Shown: positions 38,576 through 47,224 of the stretch, piece after piece
How positions within the stretch are numbered: position 1 is the stretch's first letter
Layout of the letters: the number at the start of each line of letters is the position of its first letter
IMG/VR virus record: IMGVR_UViG_3300031851_000001
Source: a virus
Taxonomy: Duplodnaviria; Caudoviricetes
Reading direction: 5' to 3' (one strand)
DNA length: 64,000 nt
Notes under the pieces: generated by a model
Told to the model about the DNA's origin: nothing
Database searches by the model: none
Seen by the model: only the letters and a program-made list of their open reading frames with translations
Made by a program: the position numbers and the translations under genes

Positions 38576-39086
38576 ATACAGGAGAACGACGAATGCCAAT
38601 TAAATTTGATACTGGGTACTGTTTAATAGAAACGGCGTCGTCTTGATTCCCTCCGAGCACGGAATAATGTGGTTGGCCATTCACAATCTTGGTACTTACA
38701 TAGAATCCGACATGCCCTTGCCACCCACTATTCCCACGTGTAAAAATGACTACATCGCCTTGCTGAGGTTTATTAACTGGGTTTCCCCACTCTAAAAACG
38801 AACGAGCCATTAACGGATATTGGCTTACTTCAGAAGAAGTAGGGTGTCCGTTTTGCTCTAAAATCATATTGACAAACGCTGCACACCACTCAGTTGTTAC
38901 AGGATCTACACCAAGTAATTGGTAAATAATATTACGATCTTTTACTTCTTCGAGTTTATGGTATGCAAAGGCTTTGTGAGTTAATGTATGTTTAGTAGGG
39001 ATGTGTACGTGTTGTATAGGAACATTCTCACCTACACATCCTGACAAAAATAATAGTGTCGTAATTATAATAAATACATTTTTCAT
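38538..39086 (-). CDS. NlpC/P60 (TIGR02594-like) peptidoglycan hydrolase, predicted lipoprotein
   Basis: Lipobox LSGC, WCAAFVN, GHVGFY, LGGNQ. Confidence 0.85.
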   Translation of the reverse strand: MKNVFIIITTLLFLSGCVGENVPIQHVHIPTKHTLTHKAFAYHKLEEVKDRNIIYQLLGVDPVTTEWCAAFVNMILEQNGHPTSSEVSQYPLMARSFLEWGNPVNKPQQGDVVIFTRGNSGWQGHVGFYVSTKIVNGQPHYSVLGGNQDDAVSIKQYPVSNLIGIRRSPVLVPAAGLEPAKL

Positions 39087-39101
39087 ACAAGGTTATTTAT
39101 A
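39069..39101. promoter_or_regulatory. Crossing late-type promoters
   Basis: AATAAATA on + (39069-39076) and TATAAATA on - (39094-39101). Confidence 0.55.
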
Positions 39102-39956
39102 ATGAAAGTTTTAGTTACAGGCGCAACGGGTTATATCGGATCACATGTTTGTTACAAACTGAAACAAAATGGACACTATGTTGAAGGCTGGGATATTAAT
39201 TTCCATGGTGAGTATAACGACGTATCTTTTATTGACTTGTTTGAAAAGGTAGACATTACAAACATAATGTATAATGAACAAAAGTTTGATGCCGTTGTTC
39301 ATCTTGCTGGTAGAAGTATAGTACCACAAAGTCTTAAAGAGCCATCTGAATATTATAGAGTAAATGCAATGGGTACTGACCATTTACTTAAAAAAGTTAA
39401 AACACCAAACTTTATATTCGCCAGTACTAGCTCGGCATTTGAAATGGCATCGCCATATGCTCGTAGCAAAGTAGCAGCTGAGGATATAATTAAGGAGAAA
39501 GCCAATGGGCACACTATTTTTCGCTTTTATAATGTTTCTGGCACTAATGGGACATTACGGCAGCTCGGTGTTCCAAGTCATCTTATTCGCGTGGCTAGTT
39601 TGGTTGCTCACGGACAATTACCCGATATTAAAATCTTTGGCACAGACTACCCTACTCGTGATGGGACTTGCATACGTGATTATATACATGTTAGTGATCT
39701 TTGTAGCGCTATCGTAAAAGCAGTAGAAACCGGTCCAACAAATACACCATATGAATGCCTTGGTTCTGCGCAAGGGTATTCGGTATTAGATGTAATTGAT
39801 TCAATGGAAAGAGTTACTGGTAAAAAACTTAAAAAGGTTTTAACAGATAGAAGAGCAGGTGATGCAACTTCATGTATTGTTGATAATTTATCGGAATTGT
39901 GTGAGCTTACTAAAACACTTGATGATATGTGCCTAGACCAATATAATCTAGCTTAG
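39102..39956 (+). CDS. galE: UDP-glucose 4-epimerase (extended SDR)
   Basis: VTGATGYIGSH, HLAG, YARSK (YxxxK), RDYIHV. Confidence 0.9.
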   Translation: MKVLVTGATGYIGSHVCYKLKQNGHYVEGWDINFHGEYNDVSFIDLFEKVDITNIMYNEQKFDAVVHLAGRSIVPQSLKEPSEYYRVNAMGTDHLLKKVKTPNFIFASTSSAFEMASPYARSKVAAEDIIKEKANGHTIFRFYNVSGTNGTLRQLGVPSHLIRVASLVAHGQLPDIKIFGTDYPTRDGTCIRDYIHVSDLCSAIVKAVETGPTNTPYECLGSAQGYSVLDVIDSMERVTGKKLKKVLTDRRAGDATSCIVDNLSELCELTKTLDDMCLDQYNLA

Positions 39957-39985
39957 TGTACGACTCCCAATGGGAGCCATACTTT

Positions 39986-40270
39986 TTAAACAGCGAAGCT
40001 TTCGCCACAACCACATGATGCAGTTGCGTTAGGGTTTACCACCTTCAAATAAGATCCGCCAAGTTCCTCGATGTAATCAACTGTACATCCAAAAACAAAC
40101 ATTTCTGCCATTGGGTCAAGCCATAAGTTATCAACGGTCGCTTCCTTATCGGTAACTCCCCACTCATACTGAAATCCAGAACAGCCACCACCTTTTACAT
40201 TAAGTGATACATTTGGCTTACCGACTTTCTTTAAATAGTCTTTTGCTCTATCAGTGACATTTAAAATCAT
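39986..40270 (-). CDS. iscA: IscA/HesB Fe-S cluster carrier
   Basis: VKGGGCSGFQY, NPNATASCGCGESF. Confidence 0.92.
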   Translation of the reverse strand: MILNVTDRAKDYLKKVGKPNVSLNVKGGGCSGFQYEWGVTDKEATVDNLWLDPMAEMFVFGCTVDYIEELGGSYLKVVNPNATASCGCGESFAV

Positions 40271-40425
40271 TCAGATTTCCACATAGTCCAAGCACCCCAA
40301 GCAATCGCAACGCCTGCTGCAATTTTAGCCAATGGTGCCATAAATAAAATCATAAGACCAAGCGCAATACACACTCCGCCGTCCCATGTGGTTCTTTCTT
40401 TTAGTCTGTTTTTAATCCAGCTCAT
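40267..40425 (-). CDS. Small 2-TM protein, holin-like (52 aa, not in track)
   Basis: MSWIKNRLKERTTWDGGVCIALGLMILFMAPLAKIAAGVAIAWGAWTMWKSE. Confidence 0.65.
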   Translation of the reverse strand: MSWIKNRLKERTTWDGGVCIALGLMILFMAPLAKIAAGVAIAWGAWTMWKSE

Positions 40426-40739
40426 TTTTTTGTTCCCTTCTGTCTAATAATCTTAGTATTAGATTTGGTTTCTAAGTGTTTTAGACGCATTTCCATATCG
40501 TCAATCTTTTGAGTGATTTTTGGATACTTTTTACGCCAAGCATTTTCCGGCTGCTCTAACCATGTCCAACCCCAACGTTCAACCAAGAAATCCATTCCTC
40601 TATCAAATCGAGCGTATAACCATAAAGCCATTCGCGTGGTGCTGAACCATGTCGAAAACGCGAGTCCAATAATAGACCCGCCTATCGCAGTATAGATCCA
40701 TAAACGATCTCCTGCCATATTAGATAACATTTCCCACAT
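40422..40739 (-). CDS. Membrane-anchored hypothetical protein
   Basis: N-terminal TM, Trp-rich, C-terminal coiled coil. Confidence 0.75.
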   Translation of the reverse strand: MWEMLSNMAGDRLWIYTAIGGSIIGLAFSTWFSTTRMALWLYARFDRGMDFLVERWGWTWLEQPENAWRKKYPKITQKIDDMEMRLKHLETKSNTKIIRQKGTKK

Positions 40740-41470
40740 TATTCATTTCCCTTTGTATATTTACAATAATGGTTCATACCATGATCGTATGCTCCATCAA
40801 AAGGCATTCCTTTTTTCAGTGCCCTCCAACGACCTCTCCATTGGTCTTTAACTCGTTGCCATTTGGAAGCTTTTCTAATTTTTCCGTAGTAATTGATATA
40901 ACGCGGAGCGGTAGTATGTCTATACCCGAGGAATGCGAACGGTACTTTTGGTACGATATCATTATTGTTGACATGCCGATAGTGAGGAATATGATTAAAG
41001 CTTTTAACAAATTTTCGTGTTCCTGCTCTTGGAGATCCATATGTATATAACGCATCACATACGTCAGGCAGTCGGCTCGCTGCAATAGTAGCCATTGCTC
41101 CACCAAGTGAATGCCCAGTTATATAAAACATCTTTCCTTCTAATTTCATTTTTGCCATGGCTGTTCTAATTTCATCCCAGATTTTTTCAATTTCTGTTTG
41201 GAAACCATTATGAACATATCCATAGCCATTTGCTGCTTTATCTGGTAAAGCATTTAAGTCTGCTTTAATATCAGAAAACTCAGAAGGCTCAGTACCTCGG
41301 AAACATAATACTATTTCGCTTTTATTTGAAACGATATGAACTTGAGCTCCATCGTTTTCAATAAATTTGTGCGAAGTGTAACCAACTTTTTTATATGCAG
41401 CCTTGGCTTCTTTTCCATCCATATATGCTATTTGTGCGCATTGCGCCATTAATGAACATTTATTTTCCAT
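40739..41470 (-). CDS. Class 3 lipase / alpha-beta hydrolase
   Basis: FRGT, VHNGF, TGHSLGG (GxSxG), DIVPKVP, H. Confidence 0.9.
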   Translation of the reverse strand: MENKCSLMAQCAQIAYMDGKEAKAAYKKVGYTSHKFIENDGAQVHIVSNKSEIVLCFRGTEPSEFSDIKADLNALPDKAANGYGYVHNGFQTEIEKIWDEIRTAMAKMKLEGKMFYITGHSLGGAMATIAASRLPDVCDALYTYGSPRAGTRKFVKSFNHIPHYRHVNNNDIVPKVPFAFLGYRHTTAPRYINYYGKIRKASKWQRVKDQWRGRWRALKKGMPFDGAYDHGMNHYCKYTKGNE

Positions 41471-41663
41471 TTTGTCTATCCTTTAGAATGTCTTGCATTG
41501 TTTTAGTTGCAGTGTTTATAAACAGACGAGGTGCAATTGCATGTATTAATAATATAGGAACTAATCCTTGTAATTTAATAGCAGCTTTTACCGCGCCTTT
41601 TGCATGTTCTAAACCAGTTTCACCAACATCTTCTAGATGAGCTTTACATTTTTTACTAAACAT
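41460..41663 (-). CDS. DUF6356-like small protein
   Basis: HLEDVGETGLEH ... LLIHAIAP.LF..TA. Confidence 0.6.
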   Translation of the reverse strand: MFSKKCKAHLEDVGETGLEHAKGAVKAAIKLQGLVPILLIHAIAPRLFINTATKTMQDILKDRQNGK

Positions 41664-41824
41664 TAATCTACCTTATCGTTATTGTAATGAGTTGGGTTTA
41701 AGCGCTCATCCATAATAGGTCCAACGTTTTCCCAGTAATTTTTACTCTTCATTACAGTTTCTTGGTATACATGGCAGACAATAGCTCCCATTACAACTCC
41801 TAGTACTAATAAAAACCATTTCAT
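41663..41824 (-). CDS. Small membrane-anchored protein (53 aa, not in track)
   Basis: MKWFLLVLGVVMGAIVCHVYQETVMKSKNYWENVGPIMDERLNPTHYNNDKVD. Confidence 0.6.
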   Translation of the reverse strand: MKWFLLVLGVVMGAIVCHVYQETVMKSKNYWENVGPIMDERLNPTHYNNDKVD

Positions 41825-41973
41825 TTTAAGTATCCATCCCATGATCGTGCGTCTGTTTCTGTTTCTTTACATTTACATTTAGTACAAACATCGTTGTGGC
41901 ATTCATCACAATCTGGTCTATAACAATGACATTTATGTCCGCACGTTTGACATGTTCTTGATGGTCCTTGCAT
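41821..41973 (-). CDS. Metallothionein-like Cys/His-rich peptide (50 aa, not in track)
   Basis: MQGPSRTCQTCGHKCHCYRPDCDECHNDVCTKCKCKETETDARSWDGYLK: 9 Cys, 3 His, GGAG SD, ATGA overlap downstream. Confidence 0.7.
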   Translation of the reverse strand: MQGPSRTCQTCGHKCHCYRPDCDECHNDVCTKCKCKETETDARSWDGYLK

Positions 41974-41982
41974 ATGTTTCTC

Positions 41983-42678
41983 CTAGTTTGCTAACGGGTT
42001 GTCTAATGCTCTCTGTAATTTATTCATTAATGTTGTTTCGAGTTCAGTCATTTCTCTTTTGATTGATGATCTTAAAGCTTCGTTATCGCGTTCAACCTTA
42101 CCTTCCAAATCAGTCATACGACTGTCGTTGGAATCTCTAAGGTTGTTTGCTTTATTGTCGTATTGGTTTTGTAATGCATCACGTTTATTATCAAAACGTT
42201 CTTCAGCATTTTGAATTATTTGTCTTACGTCTGCTTCTAAATCTCGTACTAATTTTTCAACTCTTCTAACTTGCGCGTCCAAATTATTCATTTGGTCTCG
42301 AGTATCAACTTTGCCTTCTCTATTTCGTTTTTCAGCATCATCAATTTGTTTTTGAATTGCAGTTAACTGAATAGTAATTTCTTTATTAACATTTGCTAGT
42401 GATGCTTCTATTTCTTGATTTCTTGTTTCAATAACATCAACATCAATATTTCGCACAATCTCTTTCATGCCCATGTAATCATCATACACTTGGAAAGCGC
42501 CGTATAGTCCACCTAAAATAGAACTGATTAAAGCGAACAACATACCGATCGTTGTGGGAGTCATAGTAATACCTAAGAATTTCATCTTGGTATTTTTTAA
42601 ATTCTCTACCTCAGCTTCAAAATTCTCAATGCCTTCGCCTAAGTCTTTGTCGGCCATGTTGCTCTCCTTAGTTTTCAA
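41983..42678 (-). CDS. Single-TM protein with long coiled coil
   Basis: TM near the N-terminus then heptad repeats. Confidence 0.75.
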   Translation of the reverse strand: MKTKESNMADKDLGEGIENFEAEVENLKNTKMKFLGITMTPTTIGMLFALISSILGGLYGAFQVYDDYMGMKEIVRNIDVDVIETRNQEIEASLANVNKEITIQLTAIQKQIDDAEKRNREGKVDTRDQMNNLDAQVRRVEKLVRDLEADVRQIIQNAEERFDNKRDALQNQYDNKANNLRDSNDSRMTDLEGKVERDNEALRSSIKREMTELETTLMNKLQRALDNPLAN

Positions 42679-43081
42679 ATCCAGAATTGCCGGACTCGTT
42701 TAATTTTCTTAGTTGTTCTAATTCTTGTTGTAGTTTTAAAACTTCTAATCTCTTTTTACGCAATTCTAATTGATATAATGAATTGCAATTAATTCTTTCT
42801 TTTGGTTTATCAAGTGGTATAGTAATTCGTGCATATACACCAACATCTTTTGTATCAGTTCCGCTGCCACTAAAGGGGCTTGAATAATTATCAATAACTC
42901 CAGTAACGCCAAACTCAAAATTCGTTGCACCACCAATAGAGTTTTTACAATCTAAATCTCCAGTACTAATACTATCTTGACCATACGTGGCACCCATCCC
43001 TGGGAGCGATAATCCTATAGAACTACTATCAGCATTCGCCATGCATGGCATCAACAATATACATGTTATAATACGTTTCAT
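42668..43081 (-). CDS. Secreted protein, 2 Cys, C-terminal coiled coil
   Basis: Signal peptide ending ANA, beta-rich core. Confidence 0.75.
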   Translation of the reverse strand: MKRIITCILLMPCMANADSSSIGLSLPGMGATYGQDSISTGDLDCKNSIGGATNFEFGVTGVIDNYSSPFSGSGTDTKDVGVYARITIPLDKPKERINCNSLYQLELRKKRLEVLKLQQELEQLRKLNESGNSGFEN

Positions 43082-43479
43082 TATTCACCAACCTTTTTCA
43101 CTCTAGAACAAATTCTTGAACTTACCGCAGTACGTATCGTATTGTCTTTTTTAAGTTTAGACTGAGAACAAATATATGTTACTATTTTTGCGTCTTGGTC
43201 TCTTATAAAAATATCAAACGAAACAGTACTTAAATAAGGTATCTTCCAAACTTTATATTGCGAAACAAATGGAATAGGTTTCCAATCTTCAGTGAATACA
43301 CCTATTTCATAATATTCAACGTCTGCTCTTTTATTAAACATAGTCATGGTAGTCTTCTGCAGCCCGTCTATATAGGAACCACTAATCTTAGGATAAGTTG
43401 GAACCATTTCGTGAGACGAGGCTGCAGCGGATATTGTAATCAAAACTATACTTATAACGAATATCAATCTTTTTTTCAT
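43081..43479 (-). CDS. Secreted protein, possible PapD-like pilus chaperone domain
   Basis: Signal peptide. The TMTMFN...YYEIGVF..W.PIPF......IP..STVSFDIFIR pattern resembles chaperone domain 1. Confidence 0.45.
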   Translation of the reverse strand: MKKRLIFVISIVLITISAAASSHEMVPTYPKISGSYIDGLQKTTMTMFNKRADVEYYEIGVFTEDWKPIPFVSQYKVWKIPYLSTVSFDIFIRDQDAKIVTYICSQSKLKKDNTIRTAVSSRICSRVKKVGE

Positions 43480-43576
43480 AATCTTTTCCACCTTTATTTA
43501 AGAGCTCCAGTTATGGACACCCAGGCCATCTTCTACAACTTGCACCAGATGAACTTGAACTACTGCTCCCACCATT

Positions 43577-44092
43577 TCATTGAGCGATACACTCCGCTAC
43601 AACGATAGCCGTATAATTACCACCAGCGAAGGCTTTGTTACCACCCATAACTGCTGATGATGAAGTCTTAAACCAAGTTGATCCTGTCGCTGTTAGATCG
43701 TAGCGATCCATCATTCCAATTTCAACCTTGTTAGTTTCATAAGCACTCATACCTGTAGAGTCTGACACTGTTTGCACAACTGTATCACCAGTCCATGTTA
43801 CAACATCAGGTAAACTTGGTGCTGATGAAAAACTGCTTGGCGCAGTGATTTGGGCATAGTACGCATCAGCCAATGAAACATCAAAACGAATTACTGCTAA
43901 TTCACCACCGTCTGATGGTGTTGTAGTAAGAGTATACGCATTAGGGTTACCATATGTACCTGCAGTATCTGTTTGAATAACACAACGTGATTGTACTGTT
44001 CCGTTAATAGGCGTGTCGTTAGCTAAGACCATTGTTGAGGAAATTGTCATAGCTGCTATCGCACCTAATCCAAAAATCTTTTTACTTAACAT
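43577..44092 (-). CDS. Secreted beta-rich protein, Csu/CS1 pilin-like
   Basis: Signal peptide, INGTVQSRCVI N-terminal strand and AGGNYTAIVVAEC C-terminal strand. Confidence 0.5.
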   Translation of the reverse strand: MLSKKIFGLGAIAAMTISSTMVLANDTPINGTVQSRCVIQTDTAGTYGNPNAYTLTTTPSDGGELAVIRFDVSLADAYYAQITAPSSFSSAPSLPDVVTWTGDTVVQTVSDSTGMSAYETNKVEIGMMDRYDLTATGSTWFKTSSSAVMGGNKAFAGGNYTAIVVAECIAQ

Positions 44093-44106
44093 TTTTTGTC
44101 TCCTAA

Positions 44107-45024
44107 TTAATTGTTTAAATTATATTGCATACCAACCATTTGTTGGTGTAATAATTGCTGTGCGAGACCAACCCGTGCGCCGCTATTTGCATCAGGCATT
44201 TTACCATCGGGTATATTAATAACTTCGTTATATGTACCACCCGGTATAGTTACGTTAAGATAAGATCTATTCAATGCAGCTTGCGCAATGTCATTCATTA
44301 TACTAATTCGTTGATTTTCAGCAAAGTAAGTTGCGGTTTCTCCCGCAGCCATTGCATCTTCCAATCTCATTTTTGATCTCTTATCCTCTTTCATCTCAGC
44401 TTCTTTTCTACTATCAGCATCCTCTAAATCATCAGCGTCTTCTTGGACCTCTGCTTGATCGTTGAGTTCAACATCTCCATCTTTTGTCACGTCGTATATA
44501 TCGTCTAAATCATATTCTATTATTTCAGGAACTGGCTTTTTATATCCTGGGCAGTTTGGATCATATTGCGGATCATAACACGGTGTAACTTTATATGTAT
44601 AAACAACACTTGCGCCTTCAACCTTACCTTCTCCAACTACTTCAATACTTCCCATTCCCCATAGTTCTCTTGGTATATTACCTACAGGAACAGCTTTACT
44701 AATTTCCATACCGGATATAGAACCCGGCTTCCAATCATCTCTTTCTCTAAATATATATCCATTTCCATCTATTCTTTCATTCTGAACATAAACGGTTACC
44801 CATTCGCCAGTTTCTTTTTGTATCGTATAGCGGTATATTACGTTTTGTATATCAATCCCAGGAACCCCTTGTGGCAAAAGGTCAGGCATAGACCATTGTA
44901 AAGCTTGGTCTGCTACTGCATTTCCAGTATAACCATAATATGGCGCAATGCTCTTAGTCTCCTCAGAGGAAGAGTAAGAAGGCCAGAATGCCAGCGCCAA
45001 CAGCAGGAGCAACTTTTTCTGCAT
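44107..45024 (-). CDS. Secreted hypothetical protein
   Basis: Signal peptide, CYDPQYDPNCPGY, acidic coiled coil. Confidence 0.75.
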   Translation of the reverse strand: MQKKLLLLLALAFWPSYSSSEETKSIAPYYGYTGNAVADQALQWSMPDLLPQGVPGIDIQNVIYRYTIQKETGEWVTVYVQNERIDGNGYIFRERDDWKPGSISGMEISKAVPVGNIPRELWGMGSIEVVGEGKVEGASVVYTYKVTPCYDPQYDPNCPGYKKPVPEIIEYDLDDIYDVTKDGDVELNDQAEVQEDADDLEDADSRKEAEMKEDKRSKMRLEDAMAAGETATYFAENQRISIMNDIAQAALNRSYLNVTIPGGTYNEVINIPDGKMPDANSGARVGLAQQLLHQQMVGMQYNLNN

Positions 45025-45550
45025 CTATAGGTCCCATTAATTTAAGTTCTTTTTTAGTTTCTGCTACGTGAGTTTCCCAACCAAGTTTGGCAGCCTCACC
45101 AATTTGTCCATCGTACGGGCAGGGTGTTCCGGCTTGCATCATTGCGTCAAAAACACCAGTATCCTGACACATCACGGATACCGCTGCCACCTTCATTCCC
45201 ATATCATATAATGTTTTTGCATTCTTTAATCTCTGACAATTTTCTTCAGTGAATGTACCACCACCAGAAATACCTAGGATCTGCGTTTGAACCGCAGCTG
45301 ATACGCCGATAGTACATAAGTCCGTATTATTGCCTGCTGAAAATTGTGGGGAGATTGCTGTAGGAGGTGGTTGGTTAATTGTAGTTTCCATCGTACCAGT
45401 AGAATTGATATTACTGTCAGTACCTGATTTTGTACATACGTAACCTGTTGGACATTCAACATCTTCTGCTGAAGCTATCGTTCCCATAGTAATGAAAATC
45501 GCGATCAAACATATTGCGTATAACCATACCATTGCTTTTTTAACAAACAT
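44963..45550 (-). CDS. Secreted Cys-rich protein with C-terminal hydrophobic anchor
   Basis: Signal peptide, 6 Cys in the mature part, C-terminal VGAGILAFLLFL. Confidence 0.75.
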   Translation of the reverse strand: MFVKKAMVWLYAICLIAIFITMGTIASAEDVECPTGYVCTKSGTDSNINSTGTMETTINQPPPTAISPQFSAGNNTDLCTIGVSAAVQTQILGISGGGTFTEENCQRLKNAKTLYDMGMKVAAVSVMCQDTGVFDAMMQAGTPCPYDGQIGEAAKLGWETHVAETKKELKLMGPIDAEKVAPAVGAGILAFLLFL

Positions 45551-45616
45551 AATCTTTCTCCAAATTAATACATGCGATTAAGGCACAACCGCGCAGCCAA
45601 ATTTTGCTATTCCTTT

Positions 45617-45628
45617 TATTTATAAATA
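45617..45628. promoter_or_regulatory. Palindromic bidirectional late promoter
   Basis: TATTTATAAATA reads TATAAATA on both strands. Confidence 0.75.
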
Positions 45629-45681
45629 TTAGCGTATTCAACAGAGAATTTAAATGAAATCGAATTGGGAGTGTAACAATT

Positions 45682-46164
45682 ATGTACGAGTATAGAGCAA
45701 ACATTAATAGAGTAGTCGACGGCGACACAGTAGACTGTGATATTGAATTGGGCTTCGGCGTGGTTTTAGCTGATGAAAGAGTGCGAATTATGGGTATTGA
45801 TACACCAGAATCGAGAACATCAGATAAAGTCGAAAAGGTTTTTGGTCTAGCAGCCAAAGAACAGTTAAAGAAATTATTAGGTAAACAATGTATTCTTAAA
45901 ACACAAATTGCGCGTAATGGTGAGGATATGAAAGGTAAATTTGGACGTATCCTTGGCGATTTTATTGCTGAAGATGGTAGAATGATTACCGATATCATGG
46001 CAGAAACTGGACACTGCGTTCCTTATATGGGTGGATCTAAAGAAGATACACAAGCAGGACACGAGGCGAATAGAAAACGTTTATTGAGCGAAGGTGTTGT
46101 ATCAAAAGAAGCATACGACAAAGCAGTAAAAATTATGGAAAAGAAGGCGAAAAAGAATGGATAA
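45682..46164 (+). CDS. SNase-like (thermonuclease) nuclease
   Basis: RVVDGDT, VRIMGIDTPE, KFGRILG. Confidence 0.88.
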   Translation: MYEYRANINRVVDGDTVDCDIELGFGVVLADERVRIMGIDTPESRTSDKVEKVFGLAAKEQLKKLLGKQCILKTQIARNGEDMKGKFGRILGDFIAEDGRMITDIMAETGHCVPYMGGSKEDTQAGHEANRKRLLSEGVVSKEAYDKAVKIMEKKAKKNG

Positions 46165-46474
46165 CTTTACGTTAGCAGAATTACAAGAAATGGTTGACAA
46201 CTTAAGTACTGGTACTATTTTAGCGTCAGCAGTTTACGTACATATGAATGCATCAGGCGAAGGCGTATACGATGCAACAGATACTGACGGCGACAATGGA
46301 CACGTTTATATAACCGATCGCGGGGCTTCTGGATTTACAATTAATATAAATTCATTAATTACTGCGGAAGACGTTGTACATACATACCCTACATATGGTG
46401 AAAACGAAGAAGGTGAAATGATTGTAACTGGTGAATCTGGTAAAAACCAAGTTGCTGAAGACGAATATAATTAA
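46157..46474 (+). CDS. Acidic hypothetical protein
   Basis: 105-aa ORF. Confidence 0.65.
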   Translation: MDNFTLAELQEMVDNLSTGTILASAVYVHMNASGEGVYDATDTDGDNGHVYITDRGASGFTININSLITAEDVVHTYPTYGENEEGEMIVTGESGKNQVAEDEYN

Positions 46475-46493
46475 AATAAACTTAAATTAACTA

Positions 46494-46522
46494 TTGACAT
46501 TCCTGTTCTAATATGGTAAATT
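46494..46522 (+). promoter_or_regulatory. sigma70 promoter
   Basis: TTGACA-17nt-TAAATT, with GAATC at 46525 just downstream. Confidence 0.7.
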
Positions 46523-46548
46523 AGAATCAACAAATAAAGGAATATGTT

Positions 46549-46920
46549 ATGAAAAAGTTTAAACTATATCAAATCCAAATGACAAACGAAATCGTTGATG
46601 CGGTTAATGCTGGTAAAACAGTACCTGCATATTCAGCAAAGATGAAAATGTCAATGGATTTAAGAGGAACTAACATCGGTAACTTAGCCGGTGATGCTTT
46701 TGCTGAAGAGTATTACACACATGTTTCAACTATTACTGCTGAAGACTTTAACCAAGTTTTTGAAATTGGTAACATTGGTCCAGAGTCAAACATCGAAAGA
46801 TTTTCACGTATGGCATCCGTATCAATAGGTGATATAATTGTTGACGACGAAGGTACAATGGTTGTTGTTGCTCCAACAGGTTTTGTAGCTTTTGCGTATT
46901 TTCCAAAATTAGCAGCCTAA
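46549..46920 (+). CDS. Hypothetical protein (early, YodL-like pattern)
   Basis: FKLYQI ... VFEIGN ... SVSIGDIIV. Confidence 0.6.
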   Translation: MKKFKLYQIQMTNEIVDAVNAGKTVPAYSAKMKMSMDLRGTNIGNLAGDAFAEEYYTHVSTITAEDFNQVFEIGNIGPESNIERFSRMASVSIGDIIVDDEGTMVVVAPTGFVAFAYFPKLAA

Positions 46921-46922
46921 TT

Positions 46923-46957
46923 TAACTATTGACATTCTCTTTAGAATCAGTTATATT
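46923..46957 (+). promoter_or_regulatory. Early promoter, GANTC class (copy 5)
   Basis: TTGACA-ttctcttTAGAATCAGT-TATATT. Confidence 0.9.
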
Positions 46958-46984
46958 AGAATTAAATAAACAAAGGAAAATACT

Positions 46985-47224
46985 ATGACAACTTACAATA
47001 TCGAGCTTGACATATCTCACGAACCAACTAACGAAGAGGTTCAGCAATTCGCAAAAGATCACGGGTGTTCGGCAACTCTATTACAAGCTAATGGTCCTGC
47101 TGGTGGTAATCCACTTTACCTATTTCAATCTGATAATTTTGACCATCTTGATGAATTGGCTTCTCAAGTCTTGGGAGTAAATACAGACATTGAATTTATC
47201 AAAACTTCAATATATCAAAATTAA
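46985..47224 (+). CDS. Hypothetical protein (early)
   Basis: 79 aa, AAGGA SD. Confidence 0.75.
   Translation: MTTYNIELDISHEPTNEEVQQFAKDHGCSATLLQANGPAGGNPLYLFQSDNFDHLDELASQVLGVNTDIEFIKTSIYQN

Noticed and set aside
41821-41973. Cys-rich peptide as RiPP precursor for the radical SAM pair
   Set aside because: It lies 9 kb away in another operon, has no leader/core organisation, and its spacing fits metal binding better.
43496-43580. TAG recoding (frame MKWWEQ*FKFIWCKL*...)
   Set aside because: Clear genes here end in TAG (e.g. 41983), and long core genes have no internal TAG, so the standard code applies.
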